Of a stretch of DNA of 64,000 nt, positions 17,480 to 27,656 are shown piece by piece. Position 1 is the first letter of the stretch. Each line of letters opens with the position of its first letter. The translations under genes and the position numbers were made by a program. The stretch covers positions 124,001-188,000 of the IMG/VR virus record IMGVR_UViG_3300043464_001630, one strand, 5' to 3'. Under the pieces are notes generated by a model that was given only the letters and a program-made list of their open reading frames with translations, did not search any database and was not told where the DNA came from.

Positions 17480-19639
17480 GTGAGTGCTGCCTTAGAAGCT
17501 AAATTAGATAGTGTTGTAACGCAATTAAAAAACATTGCGACTGGTGGATTTACGTATTCTACTGTAAGAGATGCTACGGGAAGAACAAAAGTAAAAGCTA
17601 AAGTAGACAAGCAAGAAGCAGAAAAATTAAAAATAACTGCAAAAATACAAGCAGATGCGTCGGCTCAGATATACAAAAAAGTATTAGGTTTGGGTTTTAA
17701 CGAAGAGAAGGCAAAGAAAACCGCCAAGATATTCAAGGATGTTTTTGGAATGAGTGGATCAGGGGGTGGAATTACTAAGAAATCTACCAAGGATTCTGTT
17801 AATTATTTACTTAGAGAAATGCAATGGTTTGATTTCGTAGGAGATCTTATGCATTATTCGTTTAATACTCAAGAGTATCAAGAAGAAATGCTATATAGCA
17901 TGAGAACTCTTATTGGATTACAAACTAGTCCGAAAGATAAGAAAAAGGCGGATTCATCTGGTGGGTTAATGGATAAATTAAAAAGTATAGCAGGATTAGC
18001 ATTGTTAGGAACAGGATTTTTCTTAATAATAAATGCATTGTCTAATGCAGGAAAAATCGACATAGGAAAAACTTTAAAGATACTAGGAATTATCGGATTA
18101 ATGGTTGGAGCATTTGTAATGGTATCTTTAGCTGGTGGTGCGATTAAAAATGCAGCTATTGGTTTTGCTATATTAGCAGCAACTGTAGCATTTTTAATAA
18201 TACCCACAATGATGCGTCTTACTGAAATAAAATTTGAAACTATATTAGAAGGATTAGGTAAATTCGTATTAATAGTTGGTGCGTGTATTGGTTTAATGGC
18301 ATTAATGCGATTTATTAAGAAGAGTGATGTGGTAGTAGCAACTGGAGGATTATTGGCTTTGTCATTAATGGTTGGTTTTTTAATCATTCCATTACTTCAG
18401 CATTTAGCAGAAACAAAATGGAATATCATAACAGACGGATTGGTTAAATTCTCAATAATTGTGGGAGTTATGATTGGCTTAATGGCATTAATGCGCTTTA
18501 TTAAGAAAGGCGAAGTCATAGTAGCAACTATAGCAATGGGAGCTTTGGTATTTTTGGTCGGATATTTGGCAGATAATTTACAAAAGTATGCTAATAAGCC
18601 TTGGGAAGCAATTAAAGAAGGATTAAAAATAGCTGGCGTGGCATTTGGAGCGTTCTTTGCTATGTTTGGTGTTCTTGCTGTGGGTGTTAAAGTTATAGGA
18701 AAAGCAGGAATGGCATTAACAGGTGCTATTATGTTTGAGCTAGTTTATTTGGTTGGATATTTAGCGGATAATCTAGAAAAATATGCTGGAAAAGATTGGA
18801 AAGCAATTACAGAAGGATTAGAAATAGCTGGGATAGCATTCGGTGCATTAGTAGCAGCAGTGACTATATTAGCAGGAGCAATGGCAATAGGAGGGCCTAT
18901 AGCCATTGTTGCAGGAGCCGTAGCTGGTGGTGTAATGTTGGCACTTGCCGAAGTTATGAATATGTCTGCTGATGCTTTGATTAAATTTGGAAGCGTAAAT
19001 GGAAAAAATTTAATTACTGTAGCAGAGGGAATGGTTGCAATTGGAGCAGGATTAGTAGCAATGATGGGAGGCAGTGTGTTGGGAACTGCTGGTGTAATGG
19101 TTGATAAGTTATCAAGCCTTGTTGGACTAGATCCAGTTTCGTTTTTAAAGAAATTTGAAGTATTAGATGGAGTAAAGCTACTCAATATTGGAACAGGTAT
19201 AAAATATTTAGCAGAAGGTTTGAAAACTCTTTCTCAAGGTATAGAAATCAAAAATATAGTAAATGATTTGATATTATTAACCACTCCGTTGTTGAGTTTC
19301 ACTAGTGCATTAGATTCTTTTTCCAATTCGTATAAACAGTTAGAAAAAATTAAAATGGAATCTGAAATAAATCAGAATTTCAACATGAATATGAAGTCCG
19401 ATACGGGTATCCAGAAGGCAATATTAGATTTACATGCACAAGAATTGTCCGTTCAACAAGCCCAATTAGAACAGTTAAAAATAAATGGTAATTTATTGTA
19501 TCAATTAGTTTCAAATGGAGGAATGGGAAAAGGAGTTTCCGCTCCACAACAAACAATTAGTATTAAATCTCCTAATTTTTCTACAAAAGAAAATTATATG
19601 AATAATATGAAATTGACTTCTATGTCATTGCAAGAGTAG
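17480..19639 (+). CDS. Tape measure protein
   Basis: 719 aa, long Ala/Gly/hydrophobic helical repeats; follows the chaperones; GTG start supported by TAAATA-N6. Confidence 0.75.
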   Translation: MSAALEAKLDSVVTQLKNIATGGFTYSTVRDATGRTKVKAKVDKQEAEKLKITAKIQADASAQIYKKVLGLGFNEEKAKKTAKIFKDVFGMSGSGGGITKKSTKDSVNYLLREMQWFDFVGDLMHYSFNTQEYQEEMLYSMRTLIGLQTSPKDKKKADSSGGLMDKLKSIAGLALLGTGFFLIINALSNAGKIDIGKTLKILGIIGLMVGAFVMVSLAGGAIKNAAIGFAILAATVAFLIIPTMMRLTEIKFETILEGLGKFVLIVGACIGLMALMRFIKKSDVVVATGGLLALSLMVGFLIIPLLQHLAETKWNIITDGLVKFSIIVGVMIGLMALMRFIKKGEVIVATIAMGALVFLVGYLADNLQKYANKPWEAIKEGLKIAGVAFGAFFAMFGVLAVGVKVIGKAGMALTGAIMFELVYLVGYLADNLEKYAGKDWKAITEGLEIAGIAFGALVAAVTILAGAMAIGGPIAIVAGAVAGGVMLALAEVMNMSADALIKFGSVNGKNLITVAEGMVAIGAGLVAMMGGSVLGTAGVMVDKLSSLVGLDPVSFLKKFEVLDGVKLLNIGTGIKYLAEGLKTLSQGIEIKNIVNDLILLTTPLLSFTSALDSFSNSYKQLEKIKMESEINQNFNMNMKSDTGIQKAILDLHAQELSVQQAQLEQLKINGNLLYQLVSNGGMGKGVSAPQQTISIKSPNFSTKENYMNNMKLTSMSLQE

Positions 19640-19655
19640 TTCATTAAATATTGTT

Positions 19656-20960
19656 ATGCCCGGAATGTTTATGCCAATTATTGGTCAGAATGTAGAACCC
19701 GCACCACCAAAAGCGATTCCTACACAGCCAGAATTTATTGGCCCTCCATATCCAGCGGCTTCTGAACCAGAAAAGGCAAAAGATCAGTCTGCATATCAAA
19801 AAGAACAACCAACAAATCAAAACATAAGCAATGCAGGAAGTCGTCCCGAAACACAAATGGTGATGTCTCCGCAAGAAAAAGTAGTTAATACTACAATAGA
19901 TGTTATTCGTGATTACGATTGGACATATTCTAGAAATAAAACATCCAGAGCAGACGAAGTTCCTTATGTAGAAATAAAAGAATTTAAGTTAGCAGGTAAT
20001 TCTTACATTACATCGCTAATGACTTCTGCATTGTTATTTCCCGATGTAATAGAATCAGATGCAAATGCGTTAGGTACTTCTTTTTATGAAAAGATAGCAA
20101 ATTTCAAAGACAATACATTTGCTAAATTTATCAGCGAAAACAAACAAAACTTGATGGGAAAAATTGCTGATAATGCAAAAAATTTAGGCGGTAAAATGTC
20201 TGAACAAATTAAAGGATTGGATAACTCTGCTTCACAATGGAATAATAATGATTTAGAGAAAAATTATTCTTATTTGTATATTAGAAAACCCACAGGAAGA
20301 ACTTATAGATTTCCACATTTTGATAATAATTTTATTAGTATTGGTAATAGTTTTGATGATACATATCAAGCAAGTACTCCTTGGCAAGAAGCTTTGGGTA
20401 ATGTGAGCAAAACTGTTGAAATGGCTGCTAATTTGATGAATTTTGCTTCGATTACAGAACCCGGTATGTATATACAACGTCCGAAGTTTTATAAATTTGG
20501 AGATTCTGAATATACTACTGCTGTTGATTTTTATTTGTTTAATACATTAAATGCGAATTCATATTTAAAAAATTTAGAATTGATTACTAAATTAGTAATA
20601 CAAAATTCTCCACATAGATTCAATAGAATATTAGTAGATCCTCCCTGTATTTACGAATTAACAATACCGGGCAGAGGGTTTTATCCTTATGCACATATAA
20701 GTAGTTTACAAGTTCAACACGAAGGAACAAAACGCATATTAACAAATAAAGACGGGAAACGAGCAATAATTCCCGATGCATTTAAAGTTCATATAGAATT
20801 TAAATCTCTCACTTCTGAAGTTAACAACTTTTTTATTCCACAAATGGGAACATCAGGAATTGACGTATCTAAAAGATATGGAATAAGCACGGTCGTAAGA
20901 GACGTATTAAATAATGTAGGAGATACTATAAGCCAATTAGGATCAATACTTAAAGTTTAA
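19656..20960 (+). CDS. Baseplate tail tube cap-like protein (gp48-like)
   Basis: Synteny after TMP; DPPCIYEL...HISSLQV...IEFKSL tube-like C-terminus; Pro-rich N-terminus. Confidence 0.5.
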   Translation: MPGMFMPIIGQNVEPAPPKAIPTQPEFIGPPYPAASEPEKAKDQSAYQKEQPTNQNISNAGSRPETQMVMSPQEKVVNTTIDVIRDYDWTYSRNKTSRADEVPYVEIKEFKLAGNSYITSLMTSALLFPDVIESDANALGTSFYEKIANFKDNTFAKFISENKQNLMGKIADNAKNLGGKMSEQIKGLDNSASQWNNNDLEKNYSYLYIRKPTGRTYRFPHFDNNFISIGNSFDDTYQASTPWQEALGNVSKTVEMAANLMNFASITEPGMYIQRPKFYKFGDSEYTTAVDFYLFNTLNANSYLKNLELITKLVIQNSPHRFNRILVDPPCIYELTIPGRGFYPYAHISSLQVQHEGTKRILTNKDGKRAIIPDAFKVHIEFKSLTSEVNNFFIPQMGTSGIDVSKRYGISTVVRDVLNNVGDTISQLGSILKV

Positions 20961-20962
20961 AA

Positions 20963-21313
20963 ATGAATAAGATTACATTAACAAATGAACCAGAAAGATA
21001 TGAAAATATTTTCAATGTTTATGAAACAACAAATGAAAATAACGATACTTATGCTTTTTATAATATATTAAGCAAAGTAACAATTCCTTCTGATTTATCT
21101 GATGATGTTTTTCAGTATTTCATAGTACAATCAGAGATGCCACTAACCGCACTCAGTTATGATATATACAAATCCCAACATTTGTGGTGGTTAATCATGG
21201 CAGTAAATAATATTAAAAATCCGGTAAGATTAATAGCCGGTGGATCTAAAATTAAAATAATTAAACCTGATTACTTAGAAAGTATATTAAGTTCTATTAA
21301 GCAAAAAATTTAA
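20963..21313 (+). CDS. gp53: Baseplate wedge protein (gp53-like, LysM-like)
   Basis: LSYDIYKSQHLWWLIMAVNNIKNP. Confidence 0.8.
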   Translation: MNKITLTNEPERYENIFNVYETTNENNDTYAFYNILSKVTIPSDLSDDVFQYFIVQSEMPLTALSYDIYKSQHLWWLIMAVNNIKNPVRLIAGGSKIKIIKPDYLESILSSIKQKI

Positions 21314-21315
21314 AA

Positions 21316-22866
21316 ATGCCTACTGAAGTTTCAAATAGTATAAAAGAAAAGCATTTCTATTCAAAATATGGAAATGAAGAATATTATTTTAAATTGGCAT
21401 TGTATAATAATAACGGAGATTGTATATTCTTACAGAGAAATTCAGTACGACATTTAACTATTGAGGATAATATTTTTAATCCTTTTCATTCAGGCACACT
21501 AGTAATTTCAAATGACCAAACTGTTATTGAAAAATCTCCAAATCCTTACGTTTTTTTAGGAAATGGACGAGATATTGTTGATATAGAAATCATACCTTGC
21601 GTTAATGGCGATTTTGAAAAAGATTCTGTCAATGAAAGTAATAAAGAACACGTAGGACTTAAATTTAATTTTGTAGTAACTGAAAGCGTTGACGTAACTT
21701 TTAACGGTTCGGTTTGTAAAAGATTAGAGTTGGTAGAGTATTCGCAATATATGCTATCAGAAAACATATGCAACATATTTGCATTACAAAAAGCTGGAGC
21801 ATTAGGAGGAAACTACATGGAAACAAATGGGGGTAACGGAAAACCCACAGGAGATGTAATAAAATCTATTCTTTATGCAGTATACAATGATAATGCAGTA
21901 ACAGATGAAATTTTTTATACAGATCCAATAACCAAACAAAAAATATTTGAAGGCGAAAGCGATACAACACTTACTTTGAATCCATACGGAGCAATGTCCT
22001 ACATGGAAGTGTTAAATTACGTATTATCTTTTCATTCTTATAAAAAATCTCCATGCGTTCTTCAGTTTGACAGATATCAAAAGAAATTCATGTTAATTTC
22101 TTTAAAAAGTTTATTCGAAAATAATAAAAACTACGTAACAGAAACATTAAGATTTCCATCACCAAGTCAAACGGAATTTTCTTCCGGAGAAAAGAAACCA
22201 GAAAATCCCGCAATAAAATGGGAAACTTTTCCAGTAACTTTCGAAGAATCTAAAATAATGCAATATTATGTAGATTCCCCGACTTGTAAATATAACGTAG
22301 ATTTGGCTGGCAATAGCGGGATTTTATCAAATTCTAGAAGTTACAAATCTATGGTTTTTGATTTAACCACATTAAACAGCGAAACATTCATGAAAACTTT
22401 TTATGAATTGTTTGTTAAACCATTTAAAGATAGTTTTAATAATTCAGATGATACAAAACTAGAAGCTTTTCCTAATTTTTATCCCAATCCAAATAAAAAG
22501 AATAATTTTGATACAAACAAAGGTGTATTACCACCTAATTTAGATGAAAAAAAATATCTAAACCAAAAGATGTCGTCTTTATTGTATTTAAATAACGTTT
22601 ATCAATATAAATTGATAGGAAAAACTCATAGAAAATCTATGTCATTCGTTGATGTAGTTAAAAAAGCAGAAAATAAAAACGGAAGATTCGTAGCCACAAG
22701 ATGGGATCTAAATAACTTAGGAAGACATTTAGTTACATCAGTCAAACATATTTTTGAATTTGATACATATCATAACGAAATAGAAACTATCAAACCATAT
22801 AGATTGGTGGATGGAAACGAGACAGATTCGATGAAATTAGAAGATTTTTTGAAACAAGGAGTTTAG
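21316..22866 (+). CDS. Baseplate hub protein (gp27/VgrG-like)
   Basis: IEDNIFNPFHSGTLVI at N-terminus; GRHLVTSVKHIF at C-terminus. Confidence 0.6.
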   Translation: MPTEVSNSIKEKHFYSKYGNEEYYFKLALYNNNGDCIFLQRNSVRHLTIEDNIFNPFHSGTLVISNDQTVIEKSPNPYVFLGNGRDIVDIEIIPCVNGDFEKDSVNESNKEHVGLKFNFVVTESVDVTFNGSVCKRLELVEYSQYMLSENICNIFALQKAGALGGNYMETNGGNGKPTGDVIKSILYAVYNDNAVTDEIFYTDPITKQKIFEGESDTTLTLNPYGAMSYMEVLNYVLSFHSYKKSPCVLQFDRYQKKFMLISLKSLFENNKNYVTETLRFPSPSQTEFSSGEKKPENPAIKWETFPVTFEESKIMQYYVDSPTCKYNVDLAGNSGILSNSRSYKSMVFDLTTLNSETFMKTFYELFVKPFKDSFNNSDDTKLEAFPNFYPNPNKKNNFDTNKGVLPPNLDEKKYLNQKMSSLLYLNNVYQYKLIGKTHRKSMSFVDVVKKAENKNGRFVATRWDLNNLGRHLVTSVKHIFEFDTYHNEIETIKPYRLVDGNETDSMKLEDFLKQGV

Positions 22867-22869
22867 TTT

Positions 22870-24696
22870 ATGGTATTTTATAGAAACACATTTCCAGAAT
22901 TTTTAGAAGCAATATCGATTGGGCCTGATCCATCGTTTTTAGAAAAAAACACATCATATTGCGAATTCGTAAGTGCATTTCCACAAGAAGTAGAACTGAT
23001 GTATGAATGGAAAGCTGTCAAAAAGTCATCGAATCCGATGGCGAGTCTCAGGAAATTTACTAAAAACTTTATTTTAAATGCTCCTGATTTAGATGTACAA
23101 ACGATTAATTTTTTTGTTAGAAAAGTTAACGTATATCCAGAATATTATTCTAATACAATAAAAACAGAAGTTGAAGAATGTTTTAAGTATGTATCAGACA
23201 ACAATTATTCAATATCTAATTTTAATGTAGATCCGATTGTGATCAACAATCGTCCAATGCAAAATGATTCTAATTTTTTAGATAAATTAGCAAAAATGAT
23301 GCAGAGCTGTAAGAAACCTTGTAATTATTTCAAGCCGCCATCAACCACAATCGGAACATTAGGAGACTTCGGCAGAGCATTGAGCGATAGTGCTTCTATT
23401 TTAGGACAAGCTGGTGATGATTTATTACATGCTCCTACAAACATCGCAACTAATGTGATGAATAAAATTAAACCACAAGTCAGAACCGAATTTTTTAAAC
23501 TTAAAATATTAACACAAAATTTATACAGAGATGGTGTTAAACCTTTCTTTTCTAAAGAAGACAGAGAACGAGTAAAAAGTGGAGTTAGTTCGGGAAAAAC
23601 TCCCGATAGTGAATTTTACAGAATGCCACTTACTGGAGATACACAAAGTTATTTCACAACGGCAACAGTACATTCACAAATACAATCGAAGATACAACAA
23701 CAATTAGGAGATTGTTATAGAATGTATACGAATGCAATGCGTTTTAATGCATATGATCCAGTAATGAATGCTGCTTATGCTAAACGCAAATACATGGGTG
23801 TTAAAAATGGAAATGTGAAATCATTAGTAGACATTCTAGGAGGATTAGCACCAGCACAGTATGCGGCAGAAACTACATATCGTAATGCATTGGATGTTCC
23901 TAACAATTCGGATTATAGAAGTTTTGATGATTCACCAAAAGCACCAAAATACGACACTTATGATGGACCTTCTAAAGGCTCAGAAGCCGTCGTAACCGCA
24001 GGAAGTGGCGCTACCGCAAATGCAGTAGAAGCCGCAGGAGCAGGAACTGAAACTCCTCCTACTAATGGGAAAAAATATGAATTCAATTACGGAGAAGTAA
24101 AACTAACCAAATACGGATACATCATGGACGAGTGTCCAGATTCTGGAACAGAAAAGGGTTTCGGAAATATGGGAAACATGATAGTTCCATTAAAAACCAT
24201 TGCAGTTGCTCCAGAAAGTATAAAAAACGGAACGGTTAAAAAAGGAGATGTGCTAATAATTACATGCACAGACAAAGGTGGCAATACATGGATCGAACGT
24301 AGACAAGTAGGAGATCAGTCTGGGGGCGGATTGCTGGGATCTAAATATAAATTTTTAATAGACGAATTTGTTCCTAATAATTCATTTAAGAGTAAATTAG
24401 CAGGAAGATCCGATCAATTAAAAATTAGTATTCAGATTGCAGATACCAAAGAACCACCAGCTAAATGGAATCCACAAGAAGCATCGCAATTTGCTCCTAT
24501 GTTCTTGTGTAGGAATGACTGGGAACGTGTAAGATATAATGCAAAAAGCAATTACAAAAAGCTAATGGATACAGAATATATAAAATATGTAAAATGGGAT
24601 TCTAACGAAACCGTATACGATTCATTCGTAACTCATCCGGGTTGTAATGGAATTGCTAAAGCATGGAAGAACCCAAGTCCAACTAAAGTTGTGTAA
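22870..24696 (+). CDS. Baseplate-associated protein with C-terminal 3D/RlpA-like putative peptidoglycan hydrolase domain
   Basis: LTKYGY..D, IAVAP, KKGDVLII, RQVGDQSGG, FLIDEF after an Ala/Gly/Thr linker. Confidence 0.5.
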   Translation: MVFYRNTFPEFLEAISIGPDPSFLEKNTSYCEFVSAFPQEVELMYEWKAVKKSSNPMASLRKFTKNFILNAPDLDVQTINFFVRKVNVYPEYYSNTIKTEVEECFKYVSDNNYSISNFNVDPIVINNRPMQNDSNFLDKLAKMMQSCKKPCNYFKPPSTTIGTLGDFGRALSDSASILGQAGDDLLHAPTNIATNVMNKIKPQVRTEFFKLKILTQNLYRDGVKPFFSKEDRERVKSGVSSGKTPDSEFYRMPLTGDTQSYFTTATVHSQIQSKIQQQLGDCYRMYTNAMRFNAYDPVMNAAYAKRKYMGVKNGNVKSLVDILGGLAPAQYAAETTYRNALDVPNNSDYRSFDDSPKAPKYDTYDGPSKGSEAVVTAGSGATANAVEAAGAGTETPPTNGKKYEFNYGEVKLTKYGYIMDECPDSGTEKGFGNMGNMIVPLKTIAVAPESIKNGTVKKGDVLIITCTDKGGNTWIERRQVGDQSGGGLLGSKYKFLIDEFVPNNSFKSKLAGRSDQLKISIQIADTKEPPAKWNPQEASQFAPMFLCRNDWERVRYNAKSNYKKLMDTEYIKYVKWDSNETVYDSFVTHPGCNGIAKAWKNPSPTKVV

Positions 24697-24697
24697 A

Positions 24698-25153
24698 CTA
24701 TTCTGTGATTGCGTCTATAACAGTAGACTTATTGATAAGTTGTTTTAAAACATCTTCTCTTGAAGCAAGAAACACGTTTGTTTTTACTTCTAGTTCTTCT
24801 CGCTTGTTGTTTATTTCCATTTCTTTAATTTTAACAGAATTTTCAAGTTTTTCTTTGTTTATTACAATTTTGTTTAAAATTTCAATAGCACCTGCTGTTG
24901 ATTTTATAAGTTCAGAAAGAGAAACGACATCTTCTGCGGTTGGAGCTGCTTGAACATTGTCTTTTATGTATTCTACAGATTCTGTAGCATTTTCTACTAA
25001 TCTACTAGCATACTGCACGACGAATTTCTCTAAACTTTCTCTAGAAATGTTGTCGCTAGAAGCTTCTTTTGCTTTTTTAGCAACAGTTGGTACGGTTTTA
25101 AGTTGATTTAAGAGAGAATTGACTGTATCATCGAGTTCTGCATCGTCAGACAT
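24698..25153 (-). CDS. terS: Terminase small subunit (gp16-like)
   Basis: Helical; SLSELIKSTAGAIEIL; C-terminal TNVFLASREDVLKQL resembles the gp16 tail; TAAATA-N5-ATG. Confidence 0.6.
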   Translation of the reverse strand: MSDDAELDDTVNSLLNQLKTVPTVAKKAKEASSDNISRESLEKFVVQYASRLVENATESVEYIKDNVQAAPTAEDVVSLSELIKSTAGAIEILNKIVINKEKLENSVKIKEMEINNKREELEVKTNVFLASREDVLKQLINKSTVIDAITE

Positions 25154-25176
25154 ATCTGTATTTAGGTATTTTTGGC

Positions 25177-25204
25177 TTGCTTTCCACTGAAAAATAATTA
25201 TAGT
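25177..25204 (+). promoter_or_regulatory. Putative sigma70-like promoter for dut-clamp loader
   Basis: TTGCTT-N16-TATAGT, 7 nt before ATG 25212. Confidence 0.45.
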
Positions 25205-25211
25205 AGAAAAT

Positions 25212-25670
25212 ATGGAAACTGATACACAAAGAATTAAAATTTGTTTCGTAAAAACTCACGAAGACGCTCGTCTTCCAGAAAGAAATAATAAAGAACCACT
25301 AGTTGGTGACAGTGGATACGACGTTTATGCGGTGGAAGATACAACAATTCCCGCAAATGATACGGCAAATGTTGCTATTGGATTAGAAATTGGATTTATT
25401 ACACCGGGTTATTGGATTCGGGTAGAATCTCGTTCTGGTTTGTTCTTTAAACACGGCATTACAAGTTTTTGTGGCATTTTGGATAATGCATACCGTGGCC
25501 GTCTTGCGATTGCTTTAATCAATAACACAAATATTGATTATCAAGTAAAAAAAGGTGATAGAATTTCACAACTTGTTATTTATAAGCTAATTGAGCCAGA
25601 AACTTGTTGGACAGAAAATAAAGAAGAAACTTCACGGGGTGATAAAGGATTTGGTTCTTCTGGACGATAA
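25212..25670 (+). CDS. dut: Trimeric dUTPase
   Basis: SGYDV, SRSGL, GILDNAYRG, GDRISQLV, RGDKGFGSSG. Confidence 0.96.
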   Translation: METDTQRIKICFVKTHEDARLPERNNKEPLVGDSGYDVYAVEDTTIPANDTANVAIGLEIGFITPGYWIRVESRSGLFFKHGITSFCGILDNAYRGRLAIALINNTNIDYQVKKGDRISQLVIYKLIEPETCWTENKEETSRGDKGFGSSGR

Positions 25671-25675
25671 AATAT

Positions 25676-26608
25676 ATGGACTTTTCTAGCTTGTGGTGTG
25701 AAAAATATCGCCCAAAAACAGTAGAAGATCTTTGCATTTCTGACGAAATGCGAGATTTATTAGAGTCTTTCAGACAAAAGAAAGACATTCCTCATCTTCT
25801 GTTTGCTGGAAAACCGGGAACGGGGAAGAGTAGTATAGCAAAGATTATTGTCAATGATATATTGAAATGTGATTATTTATATATCAATTCTTCTGATGAA
25901 AATGGTATCGATACCGTTCGTCATAAGATTATAGGATTTTCTCAAACTAAATCTATGGATGGCAACATAAAAGTTGTCATATTAGAAGAAAACGACTCAG
26001 CTTCCGTAGAGTTCGGACGGGCACTACGTAATGTTATGGAAGACTTCGCACATAATACTAGGTTTATTTTAACTGCAAATTATAAGCATAAAATAATTTC
26101 GCCTATTCAAAGTAGATGTCAGTCTGTTAATTTTGAACACAACATCAACGATGTAGCTAAACATTGTGCTAAAATCCTAGCAAAAGAGAAAGTTAAGATT
26201 CCAAAAGAACAAGTCGAATTATTTCAGACATTAATCAGAAATAATTTTCCAGATTTCAGAAAGATTCTTAACGAATTACAAAAGTATAGTGTATCAGGAA
26301 CTCTTAATATTAGAGATGCCTCATTACCTGATCAGTTTATCGAAGAGCTTTTCGATAAAATTAAGAATAATGATGATTTAGACTTCAGAGAATATGTAAT
26401 TAAGAATGAAAACGTATTCCAAGCTGATTATCACAATCTTTTGAAGAACCTTCTTAACTTAATTTACGCCAAAAGCTTGGATTCTTTTAAGAAAAAAGAA
26501 GCAATCATGACTATCGGTCATCACATGGACAGACATTCGTTTGTGATGGATGTCGAAATTAATGCTTTTGTGTGTATGGTTACCTTATCGAAGATTTTCC
26601 ATGCCTGA
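25676..26608 (+). CDS. gp44: Sliding clamp loader AAA+ subunit (T4 gp44/RFC-like)
   Basis: LWCEKYRP, GKPGTGKS, INSSDENGIDTVR, SRC motif. Confidence 0.93.
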   Translation: MDFSSLWCEKYRPKTVEDLCISDEMRDLLESFRQKKDIPHLLFAGKPGTGKSSIAKIIVNDILKCDYLYINSSDENGIDTVRHKIIGFSQTKSMDGNIKVVILEENDSASVEFGRALRNVMEDFAHNTRFILTANYKHKIISPIQSRCQSVNFEHNINDVAKHCAKILAKEKVKIPKEQVELFQTLIRNNFPDFRKILNELQKYSVSGTLNIRDASLPDQFIEELFDKIKNNDDLDFREYVIKNENVFQADYHNLLKNLLNLIYAKSLDSFKKKEAIMTIGHHMDRHSFVMDVEINAFVCMVTLSKIFHA

Positions 26609-27142
26609 TAAGTAATCAGAAGTATAAGATTCTTTATTAACCGTCTTTTTCTTTGAAGAAGACGGTTTAATTTTTGTATCAGTCTTTGGTAATTCGTAAG
26701 TAAATCCAGAAGAACCACCATCTACGGCTTTAACTTCTACTGGTTTGTGAATTTCTTTGTTGTCGTAGTTCCATTCGTCTGGGAGTGGTGCTAAATTTGG
26801 ATAATGATCGACTACTTTACATAAACAAGCGGGAACAAATACATTTCCGTGAGTTCTTCCACCACCTTGATCTTCTGATAGTGCTAGAATGACTTCTCCG
26901 GTCATTAAATCAGCATTACCGGGATACCTAAGAGGTTGTTTGTCGTTAATTCCAACAACTCTTACGTTTAATTTTGACTTAGCAAGGTCATCAATAGCTT
27001 CTTTTACTGAATCATTGAGATCTTTGTACTCTTTTTTGGATTTATAGTTCTTTACAAATTTGACATAATCACCTGCGAGAAACCCACCACGAGTTACACG
27101 GGTAATTGTAGTTTCTATAAGTTTAATAAACTTTTTTTCCAT
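26585..27142 (-). CDS. Hypothetical late protein
   Basis: 185 aa; TAAATA-N5-ATG. Confidence 0.6.
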   Translation of the reverse strand: MEKKFIKLIETTITRVTRGGFLAGDYVKFVKNYKSKKEYKDLNDSVKEAIDDLAKSKLNVRVVGINDKQPLRYPGNADLMTGEVILALSEDQGGGRTHGNVFVPACLCKVVDHYPNLAPLPDEWNYDNKEIHKPVEVKAVDGGSSGFTYELPKTDTKIKPSSSKKKTVNKESYTSDYLSGMENLR

Positions 27143-27174
27143 AAGAATATTTAGTCACATCGTTAAATATTTTA

Positions 27175-27654
27175 ATGGGAAAGATAATATTAAATAGACT
27201 ACCACAAAAATCCAATGCTGGTAAGACTTATTTATATGCTGATCTTCATTTAGACTTACAAGATAAGTATAATACATCTTCAAAACTGTTTGAAAATCAA
27301 GAAATTAACGATTTAAAAATAGATTACGACATTGATGCAATAAAAAACTCTTTATATAACTTATTCACGACAACTCCCGGCGAAAAGATATTAAATCCAG
27401 AATATGGTTTGGATTTTAAGCAATATTTGTTTCTTCCCGCCACTGTAGACATAGCAAAATACATAAGAGATGAGATTTATTCACAAACTGCTAGGTTTGA
27501 ACCAAGAATTAAAGTGGTCAATGTGAATATAACTATCATGGAAGATGTAAATGAGTTTGATATTAACATATACTACAACGTCCCAAGTCTAAATATACAT
27601 AACATATCTATGTTCGGCATATTGAGCCAAAATGGATACATTTTTAGGAACTAA
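27175..27654 (+). CDS. gp25: Baseplate wedge/sheath initiator
   Basis: YADLHLDL, AIKNSLYNLFTTTPGEKILNPEYG, FEPRIKV. Confidence 0.92.
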   Translation: MGKIILNRLPQKSNAGKTYLYADLHLDLQDKYNTSSKLFENQEINDLKIDYDIDAIKNSLYNLFTTTPGEKILNPEYGLDFKQYLFLPATVDIAKYIRDEIYSQTARFEPRIKVVNVNITIMEDVNEFDINIYYNVPSLNIHNISMFGILSQNGYIFRN

Positions 27655-27656
27655 AC

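Noticed and set aside
17878-19185. Antisense ORFs within the TMP (and similar ones at 52156, 58772, 63411 etc.)
   Set aside because: Shadow ORFs opposite well-supported genes, caused by codon bias; no motifs or promoters
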